Source: an uncultured Planctomycetales bacterium
GTDB taxonomy: Bacteria > Omnitrophota > Gorgyraeia > Zapsychrales > Fredricksoniimonadaceae
Length of the DNA stretch: 45,764 nt
Reading direction: 5' to 3'
Assembly (NCBI GenBank): GCA_964532095.1
Contig: CAZHGK010000005.1
Span: 1 to 45,764, forward strand
Positions 9,256-20,364 of the stretch are shown here, piece by piece. The notes below the pieces were generated by a model, which made no database searches, was not told the origin of the DNA, and worked only from the letters and a program-made list of their open reading frames with translations. The position numbers were made by a program, and so were the translations under genes. The number at the start of each line of letters is the position of its first letter. Position 1 is the first letter of the stretch.

Positions 9256-12200
9256 TTACCCTTTTTGTTGTTCGGTTGTACCCTCAGCTGCCATTGCCTT
9301 AAACATCTTCCAGCGTTCATTCACATCATGTTGGGCCAAATTCAGCAAACGCTTGGCCTCTTCAGGATTGCTTTTGACTAACATGGTGAAACGATTTTGC
9401 CTGTCGGCAAATTCCTTCAAGGGAATCTTAGGTTCTGTGGAATCCATTTGGAACGGATTTTTCCCCTCGAGAGTCAGCAAGGGATTATACCTAAACAATG
9501 GCCAGTACCCCGCATTTACTGCTGATTTCTGGTCTTGCAAACCATTAATCATGTCAATCCCATGGGCAATGCAATGGCTATACGCGATAATCAGCGACGG
9601 GCCATCATAACTTTCTGCTTCAAGGAAGGTGCGCAAGGTATGCTCATCTTTTGCCCCCATCGCCACTGAACCAACATACACATGGCCATAGGTCATGATC
9701 ATGCGCGCTAAGTCTTTCTTGCCAAGCCCCTTCCCTGCAGAGGCAAATTTGGCAACTGCCCCACGCGGCGTTGATTTGGAAGCTTGTCCTCCGGTATTGG
9801 AATACACTTCCGTATCCAAAACAAGGATATTCACATTACGGCCAGACGATAAGACATGGTCTAATCCTCCAAAACCAATATCATACGCCCAACCATCGCC
9901 CCCAATAATCCATACGCTTTTTTTGACTAGCATGTCTGCTATCGTCAGCAATTGCTGCGCATCAATGGATTTAATTTTCTTTAATTTTTCTTTTAATACA
10001 GCCACACGTTGGCGTTGCTCAAAAATATCTGCTTCTTCCAATTGCTTGGCATTGATAATTCCACTGACTAACTCATCCCCTAACTGCCCTGCCATTTTTA
10101 CGCACAATTCCATGGCATGTTCTTTTTGTTGATCAACGGCAAGGCGCATGCCAAGACCAAATTCCGCATTATCTTCAAACAAGGAATTTGCCCAGGCAGG
10201 ACCACGCCCTTCTTTATTTTTCGTGTATGGGGTCGTCGGTAAGTTACCCCCATAAATGGAAGAACATCCCGTAGCATTGGCAATAAGCATACGGTCACCA
10301 AACAGCTGGGTCGCTAATTTGATATACGGCGTTTCGCCACAACCCGTGCATGCTCCGGAAAACTCAAACAGCGGTTCTAAAACTTGTGACGAACGCACGG
10401 CATTCTTTTTGACCAGACGACGGTCTATTTCCGGAAGATCTAAGAAGAAATCCCAATTTTCTTTTTCCGTGTCCCGTATAGGACGCTGCTCAGCCATATT
10501 AATGGCTTTTAATTTTGTTTCTGCCTTATTCTTAACAGGACAAACATCCACACAGAGCCCACAGCCTGTACAATCTTCCGGGGCAACCTGCAGGGTATAT
10601 TTTAAATGCTTCCATTCGGTATCCCTGGCCTGTACAGATTTAAATGTCGACGGAGCACCTTCAGCCAATTTTGGCTCATACACTTTAAAGCGTATAACTG
10701 AATGCGGACAAACCATGGAACATTTGCCACACTGGATACAGATATCCTTGTCCCACACAGGAATTTCCTGGGCAATATTACGTTTTTCCCATTTGGCAGT
10801 TCCGACGGGATATGTACCATCTACCGGCATACAACTTACTGGAAGATGGTCCCCTTGATAGGAAAGCATCGGCGAAATCACCTTCTTGACAAAATCTGGC
10901 GCATCTTTGGCAACCATCTGATGGCGAGAGCGCGTGCTGGTAACCTTAGAAGGATATTTAATCTCATGCATATTCGCAATACTTTGGTCCACCGCATGGA
11001 AATTCATGGCCACAATATGCTCACCCTTTTTGCCATAGGATTTCTGGATAAAATCCTTAATCGACTTAATGGCCTCTTCTCTCGGAAGAACGCCAGAAAT
11101 TGCAAAGAAACAGGTTTGCATAATCGTATTGATACGCCCACCCATCTTTGATTCCCGCGCTACCTTATAGGCATCAATCACAAAGAATTTCAATTTCTTA
11201 TCGATAATTGTTTTTTGTACTTCTTTAGGCAAAGCATCCCAAACCTTATCTTGCTCAAATGGGGCATTGAGTAAAAACACCCCCCCTTCTTCAATTTTGT
11301 CTAATAAATCATATTTTTCAAGAAAATCGAATTGATGACATCCAACAAAGTTTGCGCTGGTGACTAAAAACGGCGAATGGATTGGCTTTGGGCCAAAACG
11401 AAGATGCGAAACTGTTTGGGAGCCGGATTTTTTGGAGTCATAGACAAAATACCCTTGCACAAACAGATTTGTATTTTCCCCAATGATCTTGATGGTATTC
11501 TTGTTTGCCCCCACAGTCCCGTCGGCACCAAGCCCATAAAATATCGCCTTTACCCCATCGGTCAGTTCAATGATATAATTCGGGTCATAATCCAGACTGG
11601 TATGGCTTACATCATCATTAATCCCAACCGTAAAATGATTTTTTGGTTTATCCTTCTTTAATTCATCAAGAACACTTTTGACCATGGCTGGGGTGAATTC
11701 TTTAGACGATAAACCATAACGTCCCCCAATTAATTTTGGCGTGCTATTAAAATGCTCCCCAGAAGTATTCTCAAACAAGGCCTGGGCAATATCCATATAC
11801 AGAGGTTCACCACTGGAACCAGGCTCCTTGGTCCGATCTAACACGGCAATGGCAGAAACTGTCCTTGGAAGCGCCTTGATAAAATGTTCTAAAGAAAATG
11901 GCCTATAAAGCCTTACCTTTAAAACCCCAACCTTTTCTCCCTCGCTGATAAGCTTATTAACCGTTTCCTGGGTTGTTGCTGCCCCTGAACCCATGATCAC
12001 AATGACCCGCTCTGCAAACGGATGTCCATAATAATCAAACAAATGGTATTGCCGGCCTGTTAGTTGTGCAAACTTATCCATTGTCTTTTGCACAATAGCC
12101 GGACATTTCTCGTAATAAGGATTAACTGTTTCTCGTGCCTGAAAATACACATCAGGGTTTTGGGTCACACCACGGATGACTGGATCATCAGGTGTCAATC

Positions 12201-12822
12201 CACGCTTGCGATGTGCTAACACCAATTCCTCGTCGATCATGGCCCGGATATGCTCTTCGCTGACCTTTTCGATCTTAACCACTTCATGCGACGTCCTAAA
12301 ACCATCAAAAAAATGTAAGAACGGAATACGTGCTTCCAAGGTCGCTGCTTGTGCAATTAAGGCTAAATCCATAACTTCCTGGACCGTTGATGAGCACAAC
12401 ATGGCAAAACCTGTTTGACGCACGGCCATGACATCGCTATGATCCCCAAAAATAGACAAGGCCTGGGTCGCCAAAGAACGGGCAGCCACATGAAATACCG
12501 TCGGGCATAATTCCCCGGCAATCTTGTACATATTAGGGATCATTAAAAGCAAACCTTGGGAGGCCGTAAAGGTAATCGTTAATGCTCCTCGCTGTAAGGC
12601 GCCATGCACTGCTCCAACTGCGCCAGCCTCACTTTGCATTTGCTGGACTAACGGTGTTGTATTCCAAATATTTTTCTGGCCATAACCTGCCCACTCATCG
12701 GCAAGCTCTCCCATCCCGGAAGATGGTGTGATCGGATATATGGCAATCACTTCGTTGGTTTTAAATGCAATATAAGCTGCTGCTTCATTCCCGTCGATAT
12801 TTACAGTGGAAGACGATTTCAT
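9256..12822 (-). CDS. nifJ: pyruvate:ferredoxin (flavodoxin) oxidoreductase, single-polypeptide type
   Basis: 1188 aa. Two ferredoxin-type clusters (CIQCGKCSMVCPH, CTGCGLCVDVCP), the TPP site GGDGWAYDIGFGGLDH, and an N-terminus MDGNEAAAYIAF-like. Confidence 0.95.
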   Translation of the reverse strand: MKSSSTVNIDGNEAAAYIAFKTNEVIAIYPITPSSGMGELADEWAGYGQKNIWNTTPLVQQMQSEAGAVGAVHGALQRGALTITFTASQGLLLMIPNMYKIAGELCPTVFHVAARSLATQALSIFGDHSDVMAVRQTGFAMLCSSTVQEVMDLALIAQAATLEARIPFLHFFDGFRTSHEVVKIEKVSEEHIRAMIDEELVLAHRKRGLTPDDPVIRGVTQNPDVYFQARETVNPYYEKCPAIVQKTMDKFAQLTGRQYHLFDYYGHPFAERVIVIMGSGAATTQETVNKLISEGEKVGVLKVRLYRPFSLEHFIKALPRTVSAIAVLDRTKEPGSSGEPLYMDIAQALFENTSGEHFNSTPKLIGGRYGLSSKEFTPAMVKSVLDELKKDKPKNHFTVGINDDVSHTSLDYDPNYIIELTDGVKAIFYGLGADGTVGANKNTIKIIGENTNLFVQGYFVYDSKKSGSQTVSHLRFGPKPIHSPFLVTSANFVGCHQFDFLEKYDLLDKIEEGGVFLLNAPFEQDKVWDALPKEVQKTIIDKKLKFFVIDAYKVARESKMGGRINTIMQTCFFAISGVLPREEAIKSIKDFIQKSYGKKGEHIVAMNFHAVDQSIANMHEIKYPSKVTSTRSRHQMVAKDAPDFVKKVISPMLSYQGDHLPVSCMPVDGTYPVGTAKWEKRNIAQEIPVWDKDICIQCGKCSMVCPHSVIRFKVYEPKLAEGAPSTFKSVQARDTEWKHLKYTLQVAPEDCTGCGLCVDVCPVKNKAETKLKAINMAEQRPIRDTEKENWDFFLDLPEIDRRLVKKNAVRSSQVLEPLFEFSGACTGCGETPYIKLATQLFGDRMLIANATGCSSIYGGNLPTTPYTKNKEGRGPAWANSLFEDNAEFGLGMRLAVDQQKEHAMELCVKMAGQLGDELVSGIINAKQLEEADIFEQRQRVAVLKEKLKKIKSIDAQQLLTIADMLVKKSVWIIGGDGWAYDIGFGGLDHVLSSGRNVNILVLDTEVYSNTGGQASKSTPRGAVAKFASAGKGLGKKDLARMIMTYGHVYVGSVAMGAKDEHTLRTFLEAESYDGPSLIIAYSHCIAHGIDMINGLQDQKSAVNAGYWPLFRYNPLLTLEGKNPFQMDSTEPKIPLKEFADRQNRFTMLVKSNPEEAKRLLNLAQHDVNERWKMFKAMAAEGTTEQQKG

Positions 12823-12872
12823 ATGCGTTAACCTCGGCTCATTTGGTGTTCATTTAAAATTAAAATAACGGT

Positions 12873-13928
12873 TTAACAAATCCTGGGCAATTGCTCGCCG
12901 GAGATCACATCTACAATACGATTCGCCCCAATCTTGCTTTTAAGGACCACCATGGATGCCCCTTCTTGGGCAATATGGCCAATCACGCAAGCGTCCTTGC
13001 CTTGGGGATGACGGCGCATAATCTCAACCGCCTTTTCTGCTTCGTGCGACGGGACAAAGGCCACCATGCGTCCTTCATTGGCGACATACAAAGGATCAAG
13101 CCCGAGCATTTCACATGCTGCTGCCACATCTTCCCGGACAGGGATCTGATCCTCGATGATTTGCATCTTTGTATTTGAGGCTTGGGCAATTTCATTTAAA
13201 GAACTTGCCAATCCTCCTCGGGTCAAGTCTCTCAGGCAATGGACATTGATTTTCTGATTAATTAAATCCAAAACCATATCTGCTAATGGCGCAGTATCAC
13301 TTTCAATGGCACTTTCAAAACTTAAACTTTCCCGTTGCGCCATAATTGCCATGCCGTGGGCCCCTAAATCCCCGTTAATGATAATGGCATCTCCGGGACG
13401 AACAGCCGTAGGGTTAATTGTTAGATCATGCTCAATCACACCAATACCGGCGGTATTAATAAAAATGCCGTCTCCCTTTCCACGACCCACAACCTTGGTG
13501 TCCCCTGTAACAATATAAACACCTGCCTCCTGGCACGCTTTACGCATGGCATCCACAACCTGCCAAAGCTTATCTATGGCTAGCCCTTCTTCTAAAATAA
13601 AGCCGCAACTTAAATACAATGGCCGTGCCCCTGCCATGGCTAAATCATTCACCGTTCCATTAACTGCCAAGGTGCCAATATTCCCACCGGGAAAAAACAT
13701 CGGGCTAATCACGTACGAATCTGTTGTAAACGCTAATCGTCCACTGGGACGTTTTAATATGGCTGCATCATGCTTTTGCATCAGGATAGGATTATCAAAA
13801 CCCGCTAAAAACATTTTCTCAATTAGCTGATGCATAAAACGGCCACCACCCCCATGCGCTAACAGCACTTGGGGATAATTTTGGATCGGAAATGGACAGC
13901 TCAGCACAAATTCTTTGTCCTTGTTCAT
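12873..13928 (-). CDS. hypE: hydrogenase maturation protein HypE
   Basis: PurM-like fold and a C-terminal ...GEQLPRIC ending in the conserved Cys. The ATG at 13926-13928 overlaps the hypD stop (ATGA). I discarded the longer track ORF (to 14045) because it overlaps hypD. Confidence 0.9.
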   Translation of the reverse strand: MNKDKEFVLSCPFPIQNYPQVLLAHGGGGRFMHQLIEKMFLAGFDNPILMQKHDAAILKRPSGRLAFTTDSYVISPMFFPGGNIGTLAVNGTVNDLAMAGARPLYLSCGFILEEGLAIDKLWQVVDAMRKACQEAGVYIVTGDTKVVGRGKGDGIFINTAGIGVIEHDLTINPTAVRPGDAIIINGDLGAHGMAIMAQRESLSFESAIESDTAPLADMVLDLINQKINVHCLRDLTRGGLASSLNEIAQASNTKMQIIEDQIPVREDVAAACEMLGLDPLYVANEGRMVAFVPSHEAEKAVEIMRRHPQGKDACVIGHIAQEGASMVVLKSKIGANRIVDVISGEQLPRIC

Positions 13929-15025
13929 TGAAGAACTCCTTCTAACCGACGGTAACGGTAATATGCAGCGCATGCTCCCTCGGATGAAACCATGGTTGCC
14001 CCTAATGGATGATCTGGTGTACATTTTTTTCCGTACGCCGGGCATTGATGAGGTTTTTTAACCCCTTGCAATACTAACCCGCTAATACATTCCGGACTTT
14101 CCTGGGTAATAATTCCATTGAGATTAAAACGTTCCTGGGCATCAAAATCTTTATACGCCTCACTTAAACCAAATCCACTTTGAGGAATTTCACCAATGCC
14201 TCGCCATTTACGTGGAATCACCGTAAATACTTCCCGAATAATATTGATCGCATGCATATTGCCTTCCTTATGCACCCAGCGGACATATTGATTTTCCAGC
14301 TCATGACGGCCTTCTTCTAACTGCTTAACACACATGTAAACACCTTCTAAAATATCCAAAGGCTCAAACCCAGTCACAACAATGGGGATTTTATACTTCT
14401 CAACCAAGGGTGGGTATTCGGTATAGCCCATCACAGTGCACACATGCCCTGCTGCCAAGAACGCCTGCACCCGATTGACTTTTGAAGATAGAATAGCCTC
14501 AATGGCCGGAGGAACCAAAACATGAGAAACTAAAATGGAAAAATTCTTAATCCCCTCTTTTTTAGCCTGATAAACACACATGGCATTGGCAGGGGCCGTG
14601 GTTTCAAAACCAACCGCAAAAAACACCACCTGTTTATCAGGATGCTGCCTGGCTAAAGAAAGAGCATCCATCGGTGAATAAACAATACGGATATCCCCAC
14701 CTTGTGCCTGCACTGCAAACAAATCTTTATCCGAGCCAGGGACGCGCAACATATCGCCAAACGAACAAAAAATCACATCCCGACGAGAAGCTAAGGCAAT
14801 GGCCCGATCAATTAATTCCAAAGGCGTAACGCACACGGGACAACCAGGCCCATGCACAAGTTCAATATTCTTTGGCAATAATTCATCGATCCCGAATTTA
14901 ACAATCGCATGCGTTTGTCCGCCACAAACTTCCATCAAAACCCACGGCCTTGTTGTGATGCGATGGATTTCCCGCGATAATTGCATGGCTAACTTAGGGT
15001 CCCTATACTCTTCCATGAATTTCAT
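13925..15025 (-). CDS. hypD: hydrogenase maturation protein HypD
   Basis: 366 aa. [16 protein letters not shown] and the C-terminal cysteine-rich region. Confidence 0.92.
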   Translation of the reverse strand: MKFMEEYRDPKLAMQLSREIHRITTRPWVLMEVCGGQTHAIVKFGIDELLPKNIELVHGPGCPVCVTPLELIDRAIALASRRDVIFCSFGDMLRVPGSDKDLFAVQAQGGDIRIVYSPMDALSLARQHPDKQVVFFAVGFETTAPANAMCVYQAKKEGIKNFSILVSHVLVPPAIEAILSSKVNRVQAFLAAGHVCTVMGYTEYPPLVEKYKIPIVVTGFEPLDILEGVYMCVKQLEEGRHELENQYVRWVHKEGNMHAINIIREVFTVIPRKWRGIGEIPQSGFGLSEAYKDFDAQERFNLNGIITQESPECISGLVLQGVKKPHQCPAYGKKCTPDHPLGATMVSSEGACAAYYRYRRLEGVLQ

Positions 15026-15260
15026 CGAGCTCTCCCATTTGTTTTAAATATTCAAATACCTTCATTGCCTCTTCTTCATGCACGGTCCCCAAAGCGAAGC
15101 CCACATGTACAATCACATATTCACCGACCGTTGCTTCTGGCACATAGGCTAATGAGACTTCTTTGATAATGCCTCCAAAATTAACCTTTCCCCGACGGGT
15201 CAGAAAATCCTGGCTGTCTTGGGTAATGCTTTCAATTTTCCCTGGAATGGCTAAGCACAT
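15003..15260 (-). CDS. hypC: hydrogenase maturation chaperone HypC
   Basis: 85 aa beginning MCLAIPGKI, the canonical N-terminal Cys2 motif. Confidence 0.9.
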   Translation of the reverse strand: MCLAIPGKIESITQDSQDFLTRRGKVNFGGIIKEVSLAYVPEATVGEYVIVHVGFALGTVHEEEAMKVFEYLKQMGELDEIHGRV

Positions 15261-17597
15261 TTAATTTGTCCCTTTATTTTTCTGCCAGCGTGCTGCGGCA
15301 ATAACAGCCTGTCCTAAGGCAATGCCCCCATCATTTGTGGGCACCTGTGAATGCCAATAGGCACTAAATCCTTCCTGCCTTAAACGATCGATGAGCTTCT
15401 GGATCAAATATTTATTTTGAAAACAACCGCCGCTTAAAACCACCTGTTCTATCCCAACACGTTTGGCAACATCGATGGCCATTTCAATTAAGGTGTTATG
15501 AAACTTTGCGGCAATCAATACCTTATCTTCGCCTGCACGGATGGCTGCGATGATTTGCAATAGCATCGGACGCCAGTCCAAAATATATTTATTCTCACCT
15601 GAAGTTTCCTGTTCTTTAATCATCTTCCATGCATAGCTGCCAGAATATTGTTCTCGCCCAATGGAATATTCCAATAACATTGCTGCCTGACCTTCGAAGC
15701 TAGCTTCTTGGCAAAGCCCCAATAACGCAGAAACCCCGTCGAATAATCGGCCCATACTTGTAGTAAATGGAGACTGCACACCCTTGGATAACATTTTCTG
15801 GATATTATCGATGTCTTGGTCTGAAAAACTTTGTAACGGGATTAAATCTTTATAATGATTTAAATCTTCCCCGGATAAAGCAGCCAATAGCCCCAAGGCT
15901 GTTCGTTTAGGTTGTCGGATGGATGTTTCTCCACCAGGAATCCGAAATGGCAATAAATGGCCAACCCTACTGAATGTCGAGAGAGTAGATAGTAAAAACT
16001 CACTCCCCCAAATTGTTTGGTCTGTACCTAATCCTGTCCCATCCCAGGCAAGACCCAATACCGGTCCCTTTAAAAAATGTTCCGCCATGCATGACACCAC
16101 ATGGGCATGATGATGCTGGATAGGTAATAATGCTTCACTCATGCCATTGGCATAACGGGTCGATGAATAATCCGGATGTAAATCCACAGCCACATAATTT
16201 AATGGTTGTGTATAAAGGCCGCGTAAACTTTTGATAGCCTGGGAAAAGGCCTTCATGGATTCTTCCGACTGCAAATCCCCAATATGTTGGCTTACAAAAA
16301 CCCTATTCTTGATTTTCAAGGCTACTGCATTTTTCATTTGGGCCCCTAAAGCCAAAATATTGGCCTCATCATCTTCAACCAATATGGGTAACGGCGCAAA
16401 CCCTCGAGCCCGACGGCTAATAGAAAAACGTTCTTTAATAATCATGCCTACTGAATCGTCTACCGAACGGACAATCGGACGGTCATGAACCAAGAAGACA
16501 TCGGCAATTTTTCCTAATTTCTCTAAAGCTTCATCATTGTCTATGCACATTGGTTCTTCAGAATAATTTGCACTGGTGGCAACCACTGGCCGGCCTAATT
16601 CACTAACAAGCAAATGATGCAGCGGTGTATAGGCAATCATCAATCCCCAATAAGGATTGTTCATAGAAACTGCCGTCGCTATTTTATCTCCTTTAAGCTG
16701 ATTGTTCTTCTTAGTCAAAAGGACAATGGGTGCTTGGGCACAAGTTAAACAGTGCTCTTCCTGACTGGAAATCTCACAATAATTCTTAGCCACATCTATT
16801 GAAGGCACCATAATAGCCAAAGGCTTTTCTTCCCGGTGCTTGCGTTGCCTTAACCTAAGCACAGCCTGTTCATTGGACGCATCGACGATTAATTGAAAAC
16901 CACCCAATCCTTTCAGCGCCAAAATTTTTCCTTCTCGAAGAGCTTTTACCGCGACTTCGAGAGCTTCATAATCTTTGGCCAATACTTTTCCCTGGATATC
17001 CCATACCTCTAAACGGGGGCCACACGTCGGGCAAGCATTGGGCTGGGCATGATAGCGACGATCATTAGGATCTTCATATTCCTTTTGGCAATCCTGGCAC
17101 ATGATGAATTTCTTCATTGACGTATATCTACGATCATATGGCAATTGTTCAATAATCGAATACCGAGGACCACAGTGCGTGCAATTTGTAAACGGATAAT
17201 GATATCGTCGATTGGATGGATCAAAGATTTCCTTAAGGCATTCCGGGCAGGTTGCCATGTCTGGCAAAATAATTGCGTCTGGTCGGGCGATGACCTGGCT
17301 TTCCTTGATGGTAAAACGGCTGTCCCCTTGAGCAGGCAGGTAGGACACACGGCAATTTTGAATCAAGGCATGTGCGGGACACTCATTTTTAATACGCGTT
17401 ACGAAATCCTCGAGGCAATCCATTGTTCCTTCTGCCTCAATGGTAACTCCTTCGGAAGAATTGCACACATAACCGCTTAACCCCAAACTAACACCAAGGC
17501 GATAAACAAACGGACGAAACCCCACCCCTTGCACAGCTCCTTGCAAAAGTATGTGCACTCTTTGAATTGGTTTCTTTTCCGATATTGCCATAGCCAT
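15261..17597 (-). CDS. hypF: carbamoyltransferase HypF
   Basis: Acylphosphatase domain (VQGVGFRPFVYRL), two Zn-finger pairs (CPECLKE...CTHCGPRY; CQDCQKEY...CPTCGPR), then YrdC and Kae1-like domains. Choosing the start at 17597 (MAMAIS) avoids overlap with hypA. Confidence 0.92.
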   Translation of the reverse strand: MAMAISEKKPIQRVHILLQGAVQGVGFRPFVYRLGVSLGLSGYVCNSSEGVTIEAEGTMDCLEDFVTRIKNECPAHALIQNCRVSYLPAQGDSRFTIKESQVIARPDAIILPDMATCPECLKEIFDPSNRRYHYPFTNCTHCGPRYSIIEQLPYDRRYTSMKKFIMCQDCQKEYEDPNDRRYHAQPNACPTCGPRLEVWDIQGKVLAKDYEALEVAVKALREGKILALKGLGGFQLIVDASNEQAVLRLRQRKHREEKPLAIMVPSIDVAKNYCEISSQEEHCLTCAQAPIVLLTKKNNQLKGDKIATAVSMNNPYWGLMIAYTPLHHLLVSELGRPVVATSANYSEEPMCIDNDEALEKLGKIADVFLVHDRPIVRSVDDSVGMIIKERFSISRRARGFAPLPILVEDDEANILALGAQMKNAVALKIKNRVFVSQHIGDLQSEESMKAFSQAIKSLRGLYTQPLNYVAVDLHPDYSSTRYANGMSEALLPIQHHHAHVVSCMAEHFLKGPVLGLAWDGTGLGTDQTIWGSEFLLSTLSTFSRVGHLLPFRIPGGETSIRQPKRTALGLLAALSGEDLNHYKDLIPLQSFSDQDIDNIQKMLSKGVQSPFTTSMGRLFDGVSALLGLCQEASFEGQAAMLLEYSIGREQYSGSYAWKMIKEQETSGENKYILDWRPMLLQIIAAIRAGEDKVLIAAKFHNTLIEMAIDVAKRVGIEQVVLSGGCFQNKYLIQKLIDRLRQEGFSAYWHSQVPTNDGGIALGQAVIAAARWQKNKGTN

Positions 17598-17604
17598 TGT
17601 GTAA

Positions 17605-17952
17605 TCACTTTTTAAATTGTATGGATTCAACTGAGATTTTGTTGCCACTGACGGTTTCAACACTTAAAGAACCACAATATGTACACATCGGCATATGATG
17701 GTCTTCTACCCTACCGGTGCGATGACATTGCTTACAGCACACCCTCATCGGCTCTTCATTTAAATTAAGCTGGACACCTTCTAACGGCGTTCCCTTGACT
17801 GATACTTGAAAATGCATCTGCACGGATTCCAACACCAAATGGTACACCTCTCCAACGGTGACCTTTATCGTTTGCACCTTTTTACCCGGTTGTTTCTTTA
17901 ATTCCCCCAGGATTACCTCGACGATCTTTTCCGTAAATTGGCCTTCATGCAT
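17605..17952 (-). CDS. hypA: hydrogenase nickel-insertion protein HypA
   Basis: 115 aa with N-terminal MHE and a CxxC...CxxC zinc site (CKQCH...CTYCGS). Confidence 0.85.
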   Translation of the reverse strand: MHEGQFTEKIVEVILGELKKQPGKKVQTIKVTVGEVYHLVLESVQMHFQVSVKGTPLEGVQLNLNEEPMRVCCKQCHRTGRVEDHHMPMCTYCGSLSVETVSGNKISVESIQFKK

Positions 17953-17956
17953 AGAA

Positions 17957-18409
17957 TTATTTCTCCTTTAAGAATGCCGATATTTCATCCAACGCTTTAG
18001 GAACCATTAACTGCACCTCAGGAGACAATTGCTCGCTCATCGCAAAACTACGGCCTCGAATAGCACACAAATACAAATTCAAATTCTTGTGGTACAACTT
18101 CTTGGCCAGTGCCCAAAAAAGCTCTGGTGAAAGATGATGGGAAGATGAACCATGTTCATGCTCGCTGGCCTGGACCTTTTTAAAAACCAAACCCTGCCCT
18201 AAGAACGAAGCATCGATTAATAATATTTTCTCATACTCCCCAACTTCTTCTAAAAGCTCAATGTTTAGCTGGTGAACCACTTTCACTTTCACGCCGGGAA
18301 TATTCTTTTCCTTAATCTTATGTGCTATGTGTGGACCTACCCCATCATCTGACCTTAATGGGTTGCCTACCCCTATGACTAAAAATTTCTTAGCCTCTTT
18401 TAATGACAT
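17957..18409 (-). CDS. hoxW: NiFe-hydrogenase maturation endopeptidase
   Basis: VIGVGNPLRSDDGVG motif and a position immediately downstream of hoxH. The track start at 18421 is GTG; an ATG lies at 18407-18409. Confidence 0.85.
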   Translation of the reverse strand: MSLKEAKKFLVIGVGNPLRSDDGVGPHIAHKIKEKNIPGVKVKVVHQLNIELLEEVGEYEKILLIDASFLGQGLVFKKVQASEHEHGSSSHHLSPELFWALAKKLYHKNLNLYLCAIRGRSFAMSEQLSPEVQLMVPKALDEISAFLKEK

Positions 18410-19829
18410 TGAGCAATCCACCTTGTTTATTGCGCATTTCTATAATCAAAGGCATTGAACCAACGGCATGCGTGGAGCATGACAAGCAAGGGTCATAACA
18501 ACGGATCGCCGCCTCAACACGGTTCAATGCCCCTTCTTTAATATCTTTGCCATTCACATATTGCTTGGCCACTTCCAAAACAGACCGATTCATGGCAGGG
18601 TTATTTTGTCCTGTCGCTATAAGCAAATTGACCTTTGTTAATTTTCCACTTTCATCGGTGATGTAGTGGTGAAATAGTGTTCCTCTCGGCGCTTCTGAAG
18701 ACCCTATTCCTTCCAACTGATTTTGATTACCAAACGATTGGATATGGGTCGAGGTAATTTGAGGGTCTTGCAAAATAACTTTTGCCTCTTCAATGCAACC
18801 TAACATTTCAATCAACCGGGCATAATGAAAATAAAATGTCCCGTGGACAGGCTTACCAGGTGCCAGGGCCTTAAAATTCAAGAACTCCTTTTGTGCTTGG
18901 GGTGTTTTCATCTTGGTGGCCACATTTAACCGCGCTAAAGGACCCACACGGTAAAACCCTTTGTCATAGCCGTATTTCTTGTAATAAGGATACTTCAAAT
19001 ACGACCAATTAATCGAACGCTCGGCGATATAATCCAGATAATTCTTAGGGTCCAATTGGTCTTCAATAATCGTTCCATCACGGTCAATGAAACGCAGTTT
19101 CCCATCATATAATTCAAGCTCTCCTTGTGGTCCTACTGTCCCAAGGTACATGGTTTCAAAATTCGCAAAAGACTCAACCTCTTGTTTATGTTCATCCTGA
19201 TATTTCTTAATTAAATCAATGCCAATCTTGGTGGTCTCAATCGCCTCAGGTATCCAAGCCAATAATGCTTTACGATTTTCTTCCGTCATGGGATAAGACA
19301 TACCTCCAGGCACAATACCCATGATATGGATTTTCTTTCCTGTAACACGTTCACTGATTTCCTGGCCAAATTTACGCAGGCGGATCCCGCGTTTTGCCAG
19401 TTCAGGAAATTTCTCGGCAATGCCAATAATATTTCTCGTCGTTGGATCACTGTCCCACCCAAATAAGAAATCCGGTGAAGACAGATGAAAAAAACTTAAT
19501 GCATGCGAAGAAACAGTTTGGCCGATATGGATCAACCTTCTTAATAAATTTCCCGCATACGTCGGTTTAATACCCATGATCATTTCACAGGCTTTTGCAC
19601 TGGAGACCGAGTGGCTCACAGGACAAATGCCGCAAATGCGTGGAGTGATCGTCGGCATTTCTGAATACAGCCGACCTTCACAAAATTTCTCAAACCCCCT
19701 GAATTCATTGATATGAAATTGGGCATCTTCGACCTTGCCATCATCTCCTAACATAAGGGTAATCTTCGCATGACCCTCAATGCGGGTCACGGGACTGATC
19801 AAAATAGTATTCGCCGGTTGCTTAACCAT
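18390..19829 (-). CDS. hoxH: bidirectional NiFe hydrogenase large subunit
   Basis: RIEGHAKI and RICGICPVSH N-terminal Ni-binding motifs; C-terminal DPCLSCSTH followed by a cleavable tail. Confidence 0.93.
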   Translation of the reverse strand: MVKQPANTILISPVTRIEGHAKITLMLGDDGKVEDAQFHINEFRGFEKFCEGRLYSEMPTITPRICGICPVSHSVSSAKACEMIMGIKPTYAGNLLRRLIHIGQTVSSHALSFFHLSSPDFLFGWDSDPTTRNIIGIAEKFPELAKRGIRLRKFGQEISERVTGKKIHIMGIVPGGMSYPMTEENRKALLAWIPEAIETTKIGIDLIKKYQDEHKQEVESFANFETMYLGTVGPQGELELYDGKLRFIDRDGTIIEDQLDPKNYLDYIAERSINWSYLKYPYYKKYGYDKGFYRVGPLARLNVATKMKTPQAQKEFLNFKALAPGKPVHGTFYFHYARLIEMLGCIEEAKVILQDPQITSTHIQSFGNQNQLEGIGSSEAPRGTLFHHYITDESGKLTKVNLLIATGQNNPAMNRSVLEVAKQYVNGKDIKEGALNRVEAAIRCYDPCLSCSTHAVGSMPLIIEMRNKQGGLLNVIKRG

Positions 19830-20364
19830 ATTTCAATTTCCTTTCCTGATCTAAATTCGGAATCCTGTCATTAAGCAATTCAAAAAGCACATAGAAAATC
19901 GTATCCGCCGATGGTGGGCATCCTGGAATATAAAAATCAACATTAACAGCCTCATGCAAAGGGATCACCTTATCATGCAATTTCAAGAGGGCTGGATGCA
20001 AAGGCATTTGCCCTTTGCCATCATTACTAATCGCATGCACATACGATTGGTCTAAAACCTCTTGTTTCGTAAAGTAATTGCGCATTCCCGTCACATTGGT
20101 TGTGATCGCACAGTCCCCTAAGGAAACAACGAATTTACTTTTCTCACGGATATGACGGATTTCATATAAATGCTCATCGCTGGTAACAGATCCCTCTACG
20201 ATCGTCACATCCACATCAGGCAATTCCTTGCCATCAACAATTGGACATTTAACAATATCAGCAAGCTTTGCTACTTCCAGGATACGCTCATCAATATCCA
20301 GTAAGGACATATGACAACCTGAACACCCTCCCAGCCACACTGTTGCTATCTTTTTTTTGCTCAT
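19822..20364 (-). CDS. hoxY: bidirectional NiFe hydrogenase small subunit
   Basis: 180 aa. LGGCSGCHMS and GCPP cluster ligands, typical of the short group-3 small subunit. Confidence 0.9.
   Translation of the reverse strand: MSKKKIATVWLGGCSGCHMSLLDIDERILEVAKLADIVKCPIVDGKELPDVDVTIVEGSVTSDEHLYEIRHIREKSKFVVSLGDCAITTNVTGMRNYFTKQEVLDQSYVHAISNDGKGQMPLHPALLKLHDKVIPLHEAVNVDFYIPGCPPSADTIFYVLFELLNDRIPNLDQERKLKYG

Noticed and set aside
9353-12418. Several plus-strand ORFs of 67-200 aa (for example 9695-10132, 10256-10858, 10702-11151) inside the nifJ locus
   Set aside because: All lie antisense to, or out of frame within, a 1188-aa CDS with unmistakable PFOR motifs. Their translations are low-complexity with no motifs. 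They are shadow ORFs.
12873-14045. Long form of the hypE ORF (390 aa) with an Arg/Ser-rich N-terminal extension
   Set aside because: The extension overlaps the hypD 3' end by 120 nt and is not HypE-like. The ATG at 13928 gives the classic ATGA stop/start coupling.
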